This document shows, piece after piece, positions 31,844 to 41,348 of a stretch of 64,000 nucleotides of DNA. The stretch lies in contig QQSB01000005.1 of NCBI GenBank assembly GCA_003602515.1, positions 88,247 to 152,246 on the forward strand. The letters run 5' to 3'. How positions within the stretch are numbered: the stretch's first letter is position 1; each line of letters opens with the position of its first letter. The notes under the pieces were generated by a model, which did no database searches, had not been told where the DNA came from, and worked only from the letters and a program-made list of their open reading frames with translations. A program made the translations under genes and the position numbers. This DNA is from Candidatus Poseidoniales archaeon. GTDB taxonomy: Archaea; Thermoplasmatota; Poseidoniia; Poseidoniales; Thalassarchaeaceae.

Positions 31844-33604
31844 TCACATTCTCTCTGGGACATCGATCCCCATGATGCCCAATCCAAGTTGGAGCTCTCT
31901 AGCAGTAAGATCACACAATGCAAGACGTCTTGTGGACAGCATGGCATTCTCCTCCTTCAAGATACTACAGTTTTCGTAAAAGGATGCAAATGATGATGCT
32001 ACCGAATGAAGGTGTTTGCAAAGTTTATGCGGACTAAAGGTGGTGATGGATTCATCCACAATAGTTGGGAACTCTACGAGTCTACGGGAAAGAGTCAATT
32101 CTTCGTTGCTTAGGATGCTGAGTTCGTCTTTCAGTAAAGACTCAAAATTATCCCTAAGCGAGTCCCTTTCCCCGCCCCACTTTCTGAATATGCTACATAT
32201 CCTAGCATATGCGTATTGGAGGTATGGGGCCGTATTGCCCTCGAAGGATAGCATCCTCTCCCAATCGAATACGTAATCCTTCGTCCTTTCAGTAGAAAGG
32301 TCTGCATACTTGACTGCACCAATGCCCACAGTTCTAGCGACCTTCTTTCTCTCTTCGCCGACTAGATCGGGGTTCTTCTGATTAATCGCATCCTCTGCCC
32401 TCCTTATGGCCTCTTCAAGTAAATCATGCAACTTGATTACCTCGCCTTCTCGGCTCTTGAGAACCTTCCCATCAGTATCCAGAACCGAGCCGAAGTTGAC
32501 ATGAGTGACTTGGTGATCTTCATCCATGAACCCGGCTTGGATAGCTACCTGGAAGACCATCTCGAAATGCTGCTTCTGAGGAGTCCCTACAACATACAGA
32601 AATCCATCGCAACCCATCCTTTCTACCCTGTCTATAATGCATGCCAGATCTGAAGTGCTGTAGTTGTAGCCACCATCAGCCTTCCTGATAATCATCGGAA
32701 GCGGGTCTCCTTCGCGATTGACCCATCCGCCCGGAAATACAACGTCTGCACCCTCACTCTGCTCCAGAATTCCGACCTCATTGAGGCGTTCAACGACCTT
32801 TGGAAGCAAGTCCCGATAGCTAGACTCACCCCTGATGTCTTCATCGGTAAGTAGGACTCCGAGCATTGAGTAAACCTCGTTGAAGTATCTCATTGACTCA
32901 TCGACTAGTACTCTCCAGAGCCGTAGTGTCTCCGAATCTCCCCCTTGGAGAAGAACGACCCTTCTTCTCGAGCGGTCGGCAAATTCATCATCAGATACGA
33001 ATTTCGCTCTAGCCTGTTTGTAGAAAGAATCCAGATCCCCCACTCCCAACTCATTTGCCGCCTGATCCTCACCGAGATCTAGAAGATGCTCGATTAACAT
33101 CCCAAATGGAGTGCCCCAGTCTCCTACGTGATTCTCTCGAATCGCCCGATGCCCCTTGAATTCGAGCATTCTGACAATTGAATCTCCTATCACCGTTGAT
33201 CTTAGGTGACCAACGTGCATCTCCTTGGCTACATTTGGAGCGGAATAGTCGACGGCAAATGTAAGTGGCTTTTCGGACTCGATGCCTAATCTTGGATCAG
33301 AAAGGAGTAGCGAAAGTGATTTTGAAAGCCATTCTGGTTTTGCACTAATGTTGACGAAACCACTAATTGATGATACAGTTGCTATCGGGGCTAAATCTTC
33401 TTCGACTAGTAAACAAATCTGCTCTGCTATATCCTGAGGGGATTTTCTCAACCTACTAGCAAGAGAATGACAGGGGAGGGCGACGTCGCCATGATCCTGG
33501 ACGGTTGCTTTTCCGATTAGTGGAAGCCAAACTGAATCATCCACCTCCAGCGATTTCATGGCTTTGGAGAAGGTTGGGGCCATCTCATTAATCAGATCTC
33601 TAAT
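31844..33604 (-). CDS. argS: Arginine--tRNA ligase (bacterial-like)
   Basis: DYSAPNVAKEMHVGHLRST, GDWGT, FEGNTAPYLQYAYAR, C-terminal PERM. Probable ATT start at 33604; first ATG is at 33583. Confidence 0.93.
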   Translation of the reverse strand: MRDLINEMAPTFSKAMKSLEVDDSVWLPLIGKATVQDHGDVALPCHSLASRLRKSPQDIAEQICLLVEEDLAPIATVSSISGFVNISAKPEWLSKSLSLLLSDPRLGIESEKPLTFAVDYSAPNVAKEMHVGHLRSTVIGDSIVRMLEFKGHRAIRENHVGDWGTPFGMLIEHLLDLGEDQAANELGVGDLDSFYKQARAKFVSDDEFADRSRRRVVLLQGGDSETLRLWRVLVDESMRYFNEVYSMLGVLLTDEDIRGESSYRDLLPKVVERLNEVGILEQSEGADVVFPGGWVNREGDPLPMIIRKADGGYNYSTSDLACIIDRVERMGCDGFLYVVGTPQKQHFEMVFQVAIQAGFMDEDHQVTHVNFGSVLDTDGKVLKSREGEVIKLHDLLEEAIRRAEDAINQKNPDLVGEERKKVARTVGIGAVKYADLSTERTKDYVFDWERMLSFEGNTAPYLQYAYARICSIFRKWGGERDSLRDNFESLLKDELSILSNEELTLSRRLVEFPTIVDESITTFSPHKLCKHLHSVASSFASFYENCSILKEENAMLSTRRLALCDLTARELQLGLGIMGIDVPERM

Positions 33605-33614
33605 TCAAATCACC

Positions 33615-34862
33615 TCACGAAATAGGGTACCTCAATAGTGCGGCGATTCCGCCGAAGGCCGTATTGAGAGTCGAGCCCTCCTCGGTATCCAGTGAGATTA
33701 GTCGAACCTTTGCGGAAGTGTGTCCAGCCAATATTGTTAGTTCGTCAATGAGATCCATTGAATTATCCTCATCCTCGACGACCTTATCTGATTTGCACTC
33801 AGGGCAAGATGGGTGGGCATTGGACTTTTCATGAGTCCTTACCCACTCGCTCTTGCAAGCCTTACAGAACCATGTGACTCTCCTCTTTGTTAATTCCTCT
33901 GAGAGTAGGAGGGTCGAAACGGCACCTTGGTCCAATGCGGAACGAATCATCATCTCCCCATAAGTTGCCTTTGGGTTTGACTTCATCACCTCCTGCAAGA
34001 ATTCATCGACGATTCTTCGTTCGACATCCAACTCTATCTGGTCCATTGTAGATCCAGCACGTTGAATCAACTCCCTTAGGCCACTTTCGTTGGAATAGCC
34101 AACATCAAAGAAAGGTTCTGCGATGAGTTTCTTTATTTCGTGATGGAAGTAGTCATTCTTCACGACGAAGTCCTTTGTCGCCCCTGGTCCACCAATGATC
34201 ACCCCCTTCAAATCCTGAACCATGGGGAGCCAGTAGTTTGAGGCTCTTTCTGCAGCTTTCTTGAAGAAATTATGAGCCGCCTCCTCAATCAACCTCTCGA
34301 ATCTTTGTGCTGATTGCCCGCCCCTGCCATGCTTAGAAGGAACAAGAGAAGTGATGTGCTCCTGGCAATGGAGTCTTTTTCCTGAAGCCAATCCATAAGC
34401 TGCCTCGGACCTATCGATAACAAAAAGGGCATACGAAGTTCGATCAATTAGCATCTCTTCCAACTGGCTGATTTCGAAGGTTGAGTCACACCTGTATCTG
34501 AATGACGGGAATGGCTCTGGGGGGTCGTCAATTACTGTCGACATCAGTCTAGTCTTGTTATTTCCAACTATGACGTGACCTACGAAAATCGCGATTCCAC
34601 CCACTCCGGGAGTCTTGTAACGATTTATTGTAGAAATTGCTGATTCTATGGCGTCAGTAACATGCTTCTTCGTAGATTTGGACTTGATGTTGGCTGCCTG
34701 TCCAGCCTCATTTCCAAGGTGTTGCCTAACATCGCTAATCATCCTGTCAGGTGGGATAATGACAGTAACCAACTCAGTCCCCATACCCTTCATTCCGGAG
34801 AGTTCTGCCAGTGACTTCTTGAGTCGGAGCCTACGCTGCTGCTGGGCTATCTCGTCAGACAT
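33615..34862 (-). CDS. prf1: Archaeal peptide chain release factor aRF1
   Basis: GTELVT, NIKS, YRCD, KHGRGGQSAQRF, GGIAALLRY. GGAGGA SD. Confidence 0.96.
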   Translation of the reverse strand: MSDEIAQQQRRLRLKKSLAELSGMKGMGTELVTVIIPPDRMISDVRQHLGNEAGQAANIKSKSTKKHVTDAIESAISTINRYKTPGVGGIAIFVGHVIVGNNKTRLMSTVIDDPPEPFPSFRYRCDSTFEISQLEEMLIDRTSYALFVIDRSEAAYGLASGKRLHCQEHITSLVPSKHGRGGQSAQRFERLIEEAAHNFFKKAAERASNYWLPMVQDLKGVIIGGPGATKDFVVKNDYFHHEIKKLIAEPFFDVGYSNESGLRELIQRAGSTMDQIELDVERRIVDEFLQEVMKSNPKATYGEMMIRSALDQGAVSTLLLSEELTKRRVTWFCKACKSEWVRTHEKSNAHPSCPECKSDKVVEDEDNSMDLIDELTILAGHTSAKVRLISLDTEEGSTLNTAFGGIAALLRYPIS

Positions 34863-34958
34863 GCTACTCCTCCGTGAATTGCCATGATAGGCGGCATTTC
34901 AACCCTTCAGCGCCAGTAGAGCATACGTATTGAAAGGCAAGGGGCCAACCTATGGTCG

Positions 34959-35660
34959 ATGGCGACGGTTGTTGTTGCGCTCGGCGGGAGCTTACTTAGG
35001 CCAGAAGTCGATGAGAGGCATAACTGGTTACAGAGCTTGGTAGAAGTAATTGTGGCAAGTGTAGAATCTGGGTCAAAGATTGCCTTGGTTGTTGGAGGTG
35101 GTGCTCCTGCGAGAGAGGGCATAGAATTAGCCAAGCCATTTATTCAAGATGTGGCTCACTTGGACCGGATAGGAATTGCTGCTACTAGACTAAACGCAAC
35201 CATTGTCAGAGAGGCTCTCGCAGAAGGTGGTTTGGCCGTATCAAGGAAAATTCCAGAAAGCATAGCAGGAGCGAGTCTAGAATTAGAAAATTATGATGTC
35301 GTAGTAATGGGGGGAACTGAGCCGGGGCACACTACCGATGCGGTGGCGATTAGATTGGCGATTCAAAGCGGGGCTGAGAAGTGCGTCATTGCGACTAATG
35401 TCTCTCGTGTCTATTCTCAAGATCCCAGAACTAATCCTGAAGCAGAAGCATTCGACGGTCTTACACTAGGTGAATTGCAAGAGATAGTGGGGCCGCCGGA
35501 ACATGCGGAGGCTGGGACATCCCAGGTCGTTGACCCGATTGGCGTAGGAGAGGCATTTGACCATGGCATGCCTTTGGATGTGCTTGACGGCAGAGACACT
35601 CGAATAATCAAGAAATCACTGGATGGAGAAGATTTCGAAGGGACGAGGGTGAGGGTCTAA
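34959..35660 (+). CDS. pyrH: Uridylate kinase (archaeal type)
   Basis: ALGGS, VVGGG, DRIGIAATRLNA, PGHTTDAVA, VYSQDPR. Confidence 0.9.
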   Translation: MATVVVALGGSLLRPEVDERHNWLQSLVEVIVASVESGSKIALVVGGGAPAREGIELAKPFIQDVAHLDRIGIAATRLNATIVREALAEGGLAVSRKIPESIAGASLELENYDVVVMGGTEPGHTTDAVAIRLAIQSGAEKCVIATNVSRVYSQDPRTNPEAEAFDGLTLGELQEIVGPPEHAEAGTSQVVDPIGVGEAFDHGMPLDVLDGRDTRIIKKSLDGEDFEGTRVRV

Positions 35661-35968
35661 TGACTAGTAGGAAAGATACCATCCTTAAGGCGGCAAAGAG
35701 GACTGCGAAGCAGGCCCACGCAGCAGCATCGAAGAGGGGCAGCAAGTCACGATCGAGAGTTGGAGTGGAGCCGCACAGACATTGTTCCGTTTGCTGGAAG
35801 CCCATCTCATTGGAAAGCGAGCCTTCGATTTGTGGTGACGAGAATTGCCAGGAAATGTTTGAACGCCGTGAGAAATCAAGAAAGAGATTCAGCTTCTTGA
35901 TGTACTTCGGAATTGCAATCTTCGTTGGATTACTTGCATTACAAATCTTCATGGGAGCGTCAGGTTAA
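35660..35968 (+). CDS. DUF2116-family Zn-ribbon membrane protein
   Basis: PHRHCSVCWKPI...CGDENC, then a C-terminal TM. TAATG overlap with pyrH. Confidence 0.8.
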   Translation: MTSRKDTILKAAKRTAKQAHAAASKRGSKSRSRVGVEPHRHCSVCWKPISLESEPSICGDENCQEMFERREKSRKRFSFLMYFGIAIFVGLLALQIFMGASG

Positions 35969-35995
35969 ATCACTTCGAACCGAGAGGAATGTTAA

Positions 35996-36580
35996 ATGAT
36001 GGTCAGGATCCTTTCCGTTCTTCCGATGTTGATTGGATTGCTTTGTGCATTTATTCTCGTTCTGAGCCTGATCGGATACCAAACACCAGCAACAGGAAAC
36101 CAGGTTCCGATTGTCCCCTGTTCTGCTGATGATTCGGGCTGCAACGTAGGGATGACAGTTGAGGATATGAACGTACCAAGGGCATTCGGTCTATTGGAAA
36201 TAACTCTGGATGTTGAGTGGAAGGAGCCGGAAAGGGGGTGGTTGGGAGTAGTGGATTCATCTGCGGCGAAAGAGTGCCCCCCGGATAGTTCGACTGGCCT
36301 CACTATGTGCACAGAGGATGATATTGAAGAGTTCCTAGTTGCAGGCGGACCAGATAATGATGGTTCCATGAGTTTCAGCGTCAAGCCTGGTTCCTATCGC
36401 TTCGTTACTGCTGGTTATGAGGGGGCTGGTCTTGATTCCCAGTTGGTGGAGATGTCCTCGAGCATACACTTGGACAATTTTGTTGAGATAATCCTCGCTG
36501 GTACTTCTGGACTACTAATAATCGGGGCCGGAGAGATGGCCTTTCCAATTCGTAACCTTCTGAAGCGAATCCGCGGATAG
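35996..36580 (+). CDS. Hypothetical two-TM membrane protein
   Basis: N- and C-terminal hydrophobic helices flank an acidic domain with four Cys. Confidence 0.7.
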   Translation: MMVRILSVLPMLIGLLCAFILVLSLIGYQTPATGNQVPIVPCSADDSGCNVGMTVEDMNVPRAFGLLEITLDVEWKEPERGWLGVVDSSAAKECPPDSSTGLTMCTEDDIEEFLVAGGPDNDGSMSFSVKPGSYRFVTAGYEGAGLDSQLVEMSSSIHLDNFVEIILAGTSGLLIIGAGEMAFPIRNLLKRIRG

Positions 36581-36631
36581 AGGTGAGTTTTCCTCAGTAT
36601 CGTTGAATAACCAATCCGTATTGGACATGGC

Positions 36632-36748
36632 ATGCGCGTGACAAAATGCCCTAACTGCGGCTCTGAGATTGATGTCTCGGGACTTTCTGAGTCGTATGGC
36701 GGTCACAAATTCTTCTGTGTAGTATGCGGCCATTCATGGCACGTATGA
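36632..36748 (+). CDS. CPxCG-type zinc-finger microprotein (38 aa), not in the ORF track
   Basis: MRVTKCPNCGSEIDVSGLSESYGGHKFFCVVCGHSWHV*. TTGAATAA box 29 nt upstream; fills the intergenic gap. Confidence 0.8.
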   Translation: MRVTKCPNCGSEIDVSGLSESYGGHKFFCVVCGHSWHV

Positions 36749-36761
36749 TCATAGGGCGTAT

Positions 36762-37796
36762 CTAGTTCTCATCCTGACGAGGCCAATGATCGGGGAGCGT
36801 CAGCGGATCCTCCACCCTGTCGGCGTCAATTATTTCGATTAGGTCTGCCCTTAGCCCCTCTAATCCTTCTCCCGTAATTGAGCTGATTCTGTGATCATCC
36901 TGAGAATCATTTTCCTCGATGAGGTCAGACTTTGTCGAGACGAGGAGGACTCTTCTATCGGGCAGCAACCCCTTCACCTCTCCTAGAAGATGCTCTTGCT
37001 CAGAAACCGGAGTTGTCGAATCATCGGTCCGATCGATCAGGAACAATAGTACGTCCCCCAGATGCTCCAGAGCGGCAATCGCCTGCATCTCGATCTGATT
37101 TCTCTCAGTCATTGGCCTATCTAGAAGACCGGGGGTATCCACCATCTGGTACACCCTTCGTCGATGCGTGAAGTGGCCAAGATGTATTTGCTTGGTTGTA
37201 AATGGGTAAGATGCGACTTGGGGCTCCCCACTCGAAAGCGCACCAATTAATGCGGATTTTCCGACATTGGGCGAACCTGCCACGACAATGCAGGGTTCGA
37301 ACGGGTCAGTGGAGGGAAGTTTTCGAAGAACATCACGAGCATCTCCCAACCACAATATCTGAGGTGAAATCTGATCAATAATTGAGGATAATCGCCCATA
37401 TGCATGCCTCCTAGCCTTATGGAATCCGTCAATATCCCTAAGCCTGAGGATCTTTGACTGCGCCTCTCCGGAAATCCTCTGTGACCTCTCTGCGGCCCAT
37501 TGCAATGCTGCTAGGTTCTTTTTGTAATCATCACACCCAACTGCCGCGTCCACTAGCGCCTGGTCGAACTCAGATAACGCGTTTAGGCTAGGCCATCTGC
37601 CAACATACGAGTTTAGGGTCTTTGTAGCGACGTCGCAAGCAGCTTGCACCATCCGACTCATCTGCTTCCTGACTCGATGATACTTGTCCGGATCCTCAAC
37701 TAAATCCGCCTGACTGCTCGCCCTTCCGAAAGCCTTGTCAAGAATCTCCTGAGGATAAAGTACGGTCGGAATCGACCGCCATTCAACCGATGCCAA
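36762..37796 (-). CDS. NOG1-family nucleolar-type GTPase
   Basis: IPTV...ILDKAF, GSPNVGKS, YPFTTK, DTPGLLDRP, ERNQIE, TKSD. TTG start after GGAGGT. Confidence 0.9.
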   Translation of the reverse strand: MASVEWRSIPTVLYPQEILDKAFGRASSQADLVEDPDKYHRVRKQMSRMVQAACDVATKTLNSYVGRWPSLNALSEFDQALVDAAVGCDDYKKNLAALQWAAERSQRISGEAQSKILRLRDIDGFHKARRHAYGRLSSIIDQISPQILWLGDARDVLRKLPSTDPFEPCIVVAGSPNVGKSALIGALSSGEPQVASYPFTTKQIHLGHFTHRRRVYQMVDTPGLLDRPMTERNQIEMQAIAALEHLGDVLLFLIDRTDDSTTPVSEQEHLLGEVKGLLPDRRVLLVSTKSDLIEENDSQDDHRISSITGEGLEGLRADLIEIIDADRVEDPLTLPDHWPRQDEN

Positions 37797-37914
37797 GCAA
37801 CTACCTCCGTCGACTCCGCCACGGTATTGCACTTCAATCATTAGTAATATATGGTGCAAATTTAGAGTCAATGGCGACCCGCTGGTTTTTCTATGACTGC
37901 CGGAACGAAGGCAT

Positions 37915-38367
37915 ATGTCCGACGCAGCTGGAGGCGGGGAAGGGTCCGAGTTGCCCCCATGGGCTGCTAGTCTCTTCGAGGATTATGGGTCTCCGAGACT
38001 AGATGATCTGGGGGATGTCTTCCACGGCCCACTTCTGGATAGGAAATACGGGCTGAGGAAGGATGACTTGATCGAGATGCTGCTGGACAGAAGGATGCTG
38101 CCTGATGACAGAGACCCATGGGTTCGTGGAATGATGGTTGGAGGCAGGAGTTCTTCGATAGACGTGCTAGATGAGAATGGAGAATTCAGGTCCATTTCTC
38201 GTGACGCGATTGTGGAAGTGAGGCTTGTCACGCATCTGAGGAAAACATACATCGAGGACGAAGAACTGCTAAAATTTGAGAAGGATGACATGAAGAGGAG
38301 ATCTGAAGTCCACGAGATGGCCGAGAAGACCAGTGAGGGGCATGGGAACAACCTTTCTTGGGGGTGA
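37915..38367 (+). CDS. Hypothetical protein, possible Sm/LSm-like fold
   Basis: DLIEMLL...VRGMMV...IDVLDENG...ISRDAIVEVRL strand pattern. Confidence 0.65.
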   Translation: MSDAAGGGEGSELPPWAASLFEDYGSPRLDDLGDVFHGPLLDRKYGLRKDDLIEMLLDRRMLPDDRDPWVRGMMVGGRSSSIDVLDENGEFRSISRDAIVEVRLVTHLRKTYIEDEELLKFEKDDMKRRSEVHEMAEKTSEGHGNNLSWG

Positions 38368-38371
38368 AAAA

Positions 38372-38704
38372 TTGGATAGGCTGTCAGCTATGGACTGTGT
38401 TCCTTGCGAGGGAGGAGTCCCTCCACTCAGTGAAGAAGAATCTACGTCATTCCTAGCCCAGATACATGAAGATTGGGAGTTAGTGGAAAATCACCACATT
38501 ACACGTACATGGGACTTCCCAGACTTTGCATCGGCACTCGAATTTACCAACTCGCTTGGAGCGATATGCGAGGAACAATCGCACCATGCCGACTTCAACC
38601 TCGGATGGGGTAAATTGGTAGCGATAATTTTCACGCACAAAATTGATGCGTTGACCGAATCAGACTTCGTGCTAGCTTCCAAGTTCGATGAAATCGAACG
38701 GTGA
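38372..38704 (+). CDS. phhB: Pterin-4-alpha-carbinolamine dehydratase
   Basis: CVPCEGG, FPDF..AL.F, EEQSHHAD, THKIDALTESDFVLA. Confidence 0.9.
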   Translation: MDRLSAMDCVPCEGGVPPLSEEESTSFLAQIHEDWELVENHHITRTWDFPDFASALEFTNSLGAICEEQSHHADFNLGWGKLVAIIFTHKIDALTESDFVLASKFDEIER

Positions 38705-39279
38705 GGGAAATGCCCAAATTCCAGGATTTACTTACCTCAAGGCGCACCATCTACAGATTTCGTGACAAGAGAGTTGCCACGGAAACTCTGGAGTTGGCCT
38801 TTGATGCTGCCAGGAATGCTCCTTGCCATAAGAATACTCATCCTTGGAAATTCTACGTCATGGGCAAGGAAGCACGACAGGAAATAATCCCCGAGGTCAA
38901 AAGACTGGCGAAGAACAAAGTCTCCGATGGGGGGGACGTAGAATTTGGCATTTCCAAGGCAGTGGACAAGATTCTGTCACCCCCAGTTCTAATTTGCGTT
39001 ACTAGCGCTCTGAGTCCACATGATCCCTTTAGGGAAGAGGAGGACTATGCTGCAACGGTATGTGCGACGCACAACCTGGTCCTTTCCTTGTGGGGGAATG
39101 GCATCGGATCCCAGTGGAGCACTGGTGCTATTACTCGTTCGGAGACGTCCTATCGAGCAATCGGTGCTTCTCCTGATGAAGAGCGGATAATTGGTTTCAT
39201 TAAGATTGGCTACCCTTCAGGAGGGATTCCATCTAAGAACAAGAAGGGTCTAGAAGAGATTAGAGAATACATCCAATGA
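38701..39279 (+). CDS. Nitroreductase family protein
   Basis: SRRTIYRF, APCHKNTHPWKF, GIGSQWSTG, IGYP. Confidence 0.88.
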   Translation: MREMPKFQDLLTSRRTIYRFRDKRVATETLELAFDAARNAPCHKNTHPWKFYVMGKEARQEIIPEVKRLAKNKVSDGGDVEFGISKAVDKILSPPVLICVTSALSPHDPFREEEDYAATVCATHNLVLSLWGNGIGSQWSTGAITRSETSYRAIGASPDEERIIGFIKIGYPSGGIPSKNKKGLEEIREYIQ

Positions 39280-39312
39280 TGATTTGGTTGAAGGTTTAGT
39301 AGGGGCATTTGA

Positions 39313-40335
39313 ATGAGGAAGATTGTCTATCCAAGGGCCGGTGGTGTCGAGACAATTGAGATTGTGGAGGATAGTGACCCTGTTCCGAGAAGCGACCAGG
39401 TATGCGTTAGGATCCATAGAGCGGGTATAAACTTCGCAGAGTTGATGATGAGGCAGGGGCTATACGGCTCTAGTCCTGACTTCCCGTTCACCCCCGGATA
39501 CGAGGCATCGGGAGTAGTAATTGGTGTCGGGGACCAAGTGGAAACTCTAGAGGAAGGGGACCGTGTGCTTGCGATGACTGGGTTCGGAGGATATTCAGAA
39601 AAGGTCTGTCTGGATGCTAAAAGAGTCATCCGCATTCCAGACTCAGTCTCTTTCGACCAAGCTGCCGCGATTCCAGTCACCTATGGCACTGCATTCCACA
39701 TGCTAGTTCACCTAGGTAGGATCAGCAAGGGAGATTCGGTCCTCATCCATCACGCTGCAGGTGGGGTAGGGACTGCAGTGGCTCAGATCTGCGAGGCATT
39801 TGGCGCATCATTGGTTGTCGGGACCGCCTCCACCTCAAAGAGAGATTTTGTCGAGTCTATTGGGATGAGATTCGTAGATAGGGAAAAGGAGGATTTCGAA
39901 GAAGTCTGCAAGGATTTGACCGATGGGAGGGGAGTTCACCATGCCATCGATCCGGTGGGCGGTAGTCACCTGCTACGTTCATACAAGTCCCTTAGGAAGG
40001 GAGGGAAATTGTACTACTTCGGAGCGTCTGCTGCAGTTAAAGGGGAGAGAAGATCCAGATTGTCAGAACTAAGAATGTGGTGGGGGATGCCCAGATTCGA
40101 CCCCCTAAGACTCATGACCTCGAATAAGGCGATTTTCGGAGTACATATGGGGCTCCTTGAGGATGAAACGGTATTCAAGGGGCATCTTGCGTCTTTGTCC
40201 GAGATGCTGAAGAAGGGAGAGATAGATCCGATAATCGACTCCGTATGGAGATTCGAAAATGTGGCGGACGCGCAAATGCACATACATAATAGGAAAAATA
40301 GAGGGAAGGTTCTGTTGGACTTCTCGCCGGAGTGA
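39313..40335 (+). CDS. MDR-family NADPH:quinone oxidoreductase (VAT-1-like)
   Basis: GINFAEL.RQGLY, PGYEASG, HAAGGVG, NRGKVLL. No catalytic Zn ligands. Confidence 0.88.
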   Translation: MRKIVYPRAGGVETIEIVEDSDPVPRSDQVCVRIHRAGINFAELMMRQGLYGSSPDFPFTPGYEASGVVIGVGDQVETLEEGDRVLAMTGFGGYSEKVCLDAKRVIRIPDSVSFDQAAAIPVTYGTAFHMLVHLGRISKGDSVLIHHAAGGVGTAVAQICEAFGASLVVGTASTSKRDFVESIGMRFVDREKEDFEEVCKDLTDGRGVHHAIDPVGGSHLLRSYKSLRKGGKLYYFGASAAVKGERRSRLSELRMWWGMPRFDPLRLMTSNKAIFGVHMGLLEDETVFKGHLASLSEMLKKGEIDPIIDSVWRFENVADAQMHIHNRKNRGKVLLDFSPE

Positions 40336-40746
40336 CTACAGGCGTACTGGCCTTGTAGCGCCACATGCCTGACATTTCAGTAGAGTAGTCCTATCTTCAC
40401 GTACGAACCTCGTATCGGGTGCCTTGCACTCGCCACATAGGATGAAGGTCTTCACATAGGAGACGATTTTCTCCTTGATTCTCTTGGGGGGGACCTTGCC
40501 CTTCAGCATGATTCTTACTTGCTCTCTGCTCCCTGAGGTTCCAAGTTCATTCAGTAGATACTGGAAAACATGATTCGCATCCCTATCCATCGCATCTACA
40601 ATCTCCGAGAAGTTCCTGAGAATCGTCTGACTTCCTTCGATCATGATATCTGGTTGTGGCATTGTCCACCTAGAACGCTCGCTGATGTCTTTGGGTATCC
40701 TCTCCCTAGCACGATCCAAGAGATCCTCGTATCCGCGGTTCGACAT
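40336..40746 (-). CDS. eif2b: Translation initiation factor aIF2 beta
   Basis: YEDLLDRA, T.LRNF, ELGT, CGECKAPDT...CQACGA zinc ribbon. Confidence 0.95.
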   Translation of the reverse strand: MSNRGYEDLLDRARERIPKDISERSRWTMPQPDIMIEGSQTILRNFSEIVDAMDRDANHVFQYLLNELGTSGSREQVRIMLKGKVPPKRIKEKIVSYVKTFILCGECKAPDTRFVREDRTTLLKCQACGATRPVRL

Positions 40747-40826
40747 GGCCCTGGGAGAATAGGGTGGCTTTTCACCCCACCGGGAGTCTTGGGAACGGTC
40801 AAGGACCGGTTCTATCTCGGGAACAC

Positions 40827-41276
40827 ATGGACATGGAGCCGGTTGTCAAGGTGGTCAAGACTGACTCTGATGCCAAGATGCCTACCAAGGGTAGTGAGCA
40901 TGCGGCTGGATGGGACCTGTACTGCTTGGAGGACACGATTGTTAGTTTCAGATCTAGCGTGAGGATCAGGACTGGCCTGAGAGTGGCGATACCAGTGGGT
41001 TTCGAAGGACAAGTCAGGGCTAGATCATCACTAGGATCGAAGGGGCTAATCCTACCTCATAGCATAGGGACAATTGATGCCGATTACAGGGGCGAGTTGT
41101 TCGTGCTAATGACGTGGATCGGAGAAGGTGATTCCTACAAGGTGAAAGCCGGAGAGAGGATAGCCCAACTAGTAATAGCACCGATACCCGATGTCCAATT
41201 CGCAGAAGTCGAGATTGAGGGCCTAGGAGATACGGAAAGAGGCACGGGTGGCTTCGGAAGTACCGGCAGATTCTGA
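40827..41276 (+). CDS. dut: Trimeric dUTPase
   Basis: AAGWDL, RSS, GTIDADYRGE, GERIAQLV, RGTGGFGSTG. Confidence 0.95.
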   Translation: MDMEPVVKVVKTDSDAKMPTKGSEHAAGWDLYCLEDTIVSFRSSVRIRTGLRVAIPVGFEGQVRARSSLGSKGLILPHSIGTIDADYRGELFVLMTWIGEGDSYKVKAGERIAQLVIAPIPDVQFAEVEIEGLGDTERGTGGFGSTGRF

Positions 41277-41348
41277 ATATAGGAAATACAACACCCACCA
41301 TAGAATACTCCCGGTGGATTCATAGCACTCTAACGCTGGCATCGACTG

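Noticed and set aside
33790..33870. CxxC...CxxC zinc finger in aRF1 domain 3
   Set aside because: A known minidomain variant in archaeal RF1 proteins.
36515..36733. 72-aa minus-strand ORF
   Set aside because: No motif and overlaps the upstream gene; the + strand zinc-finger ORF explains the region better.
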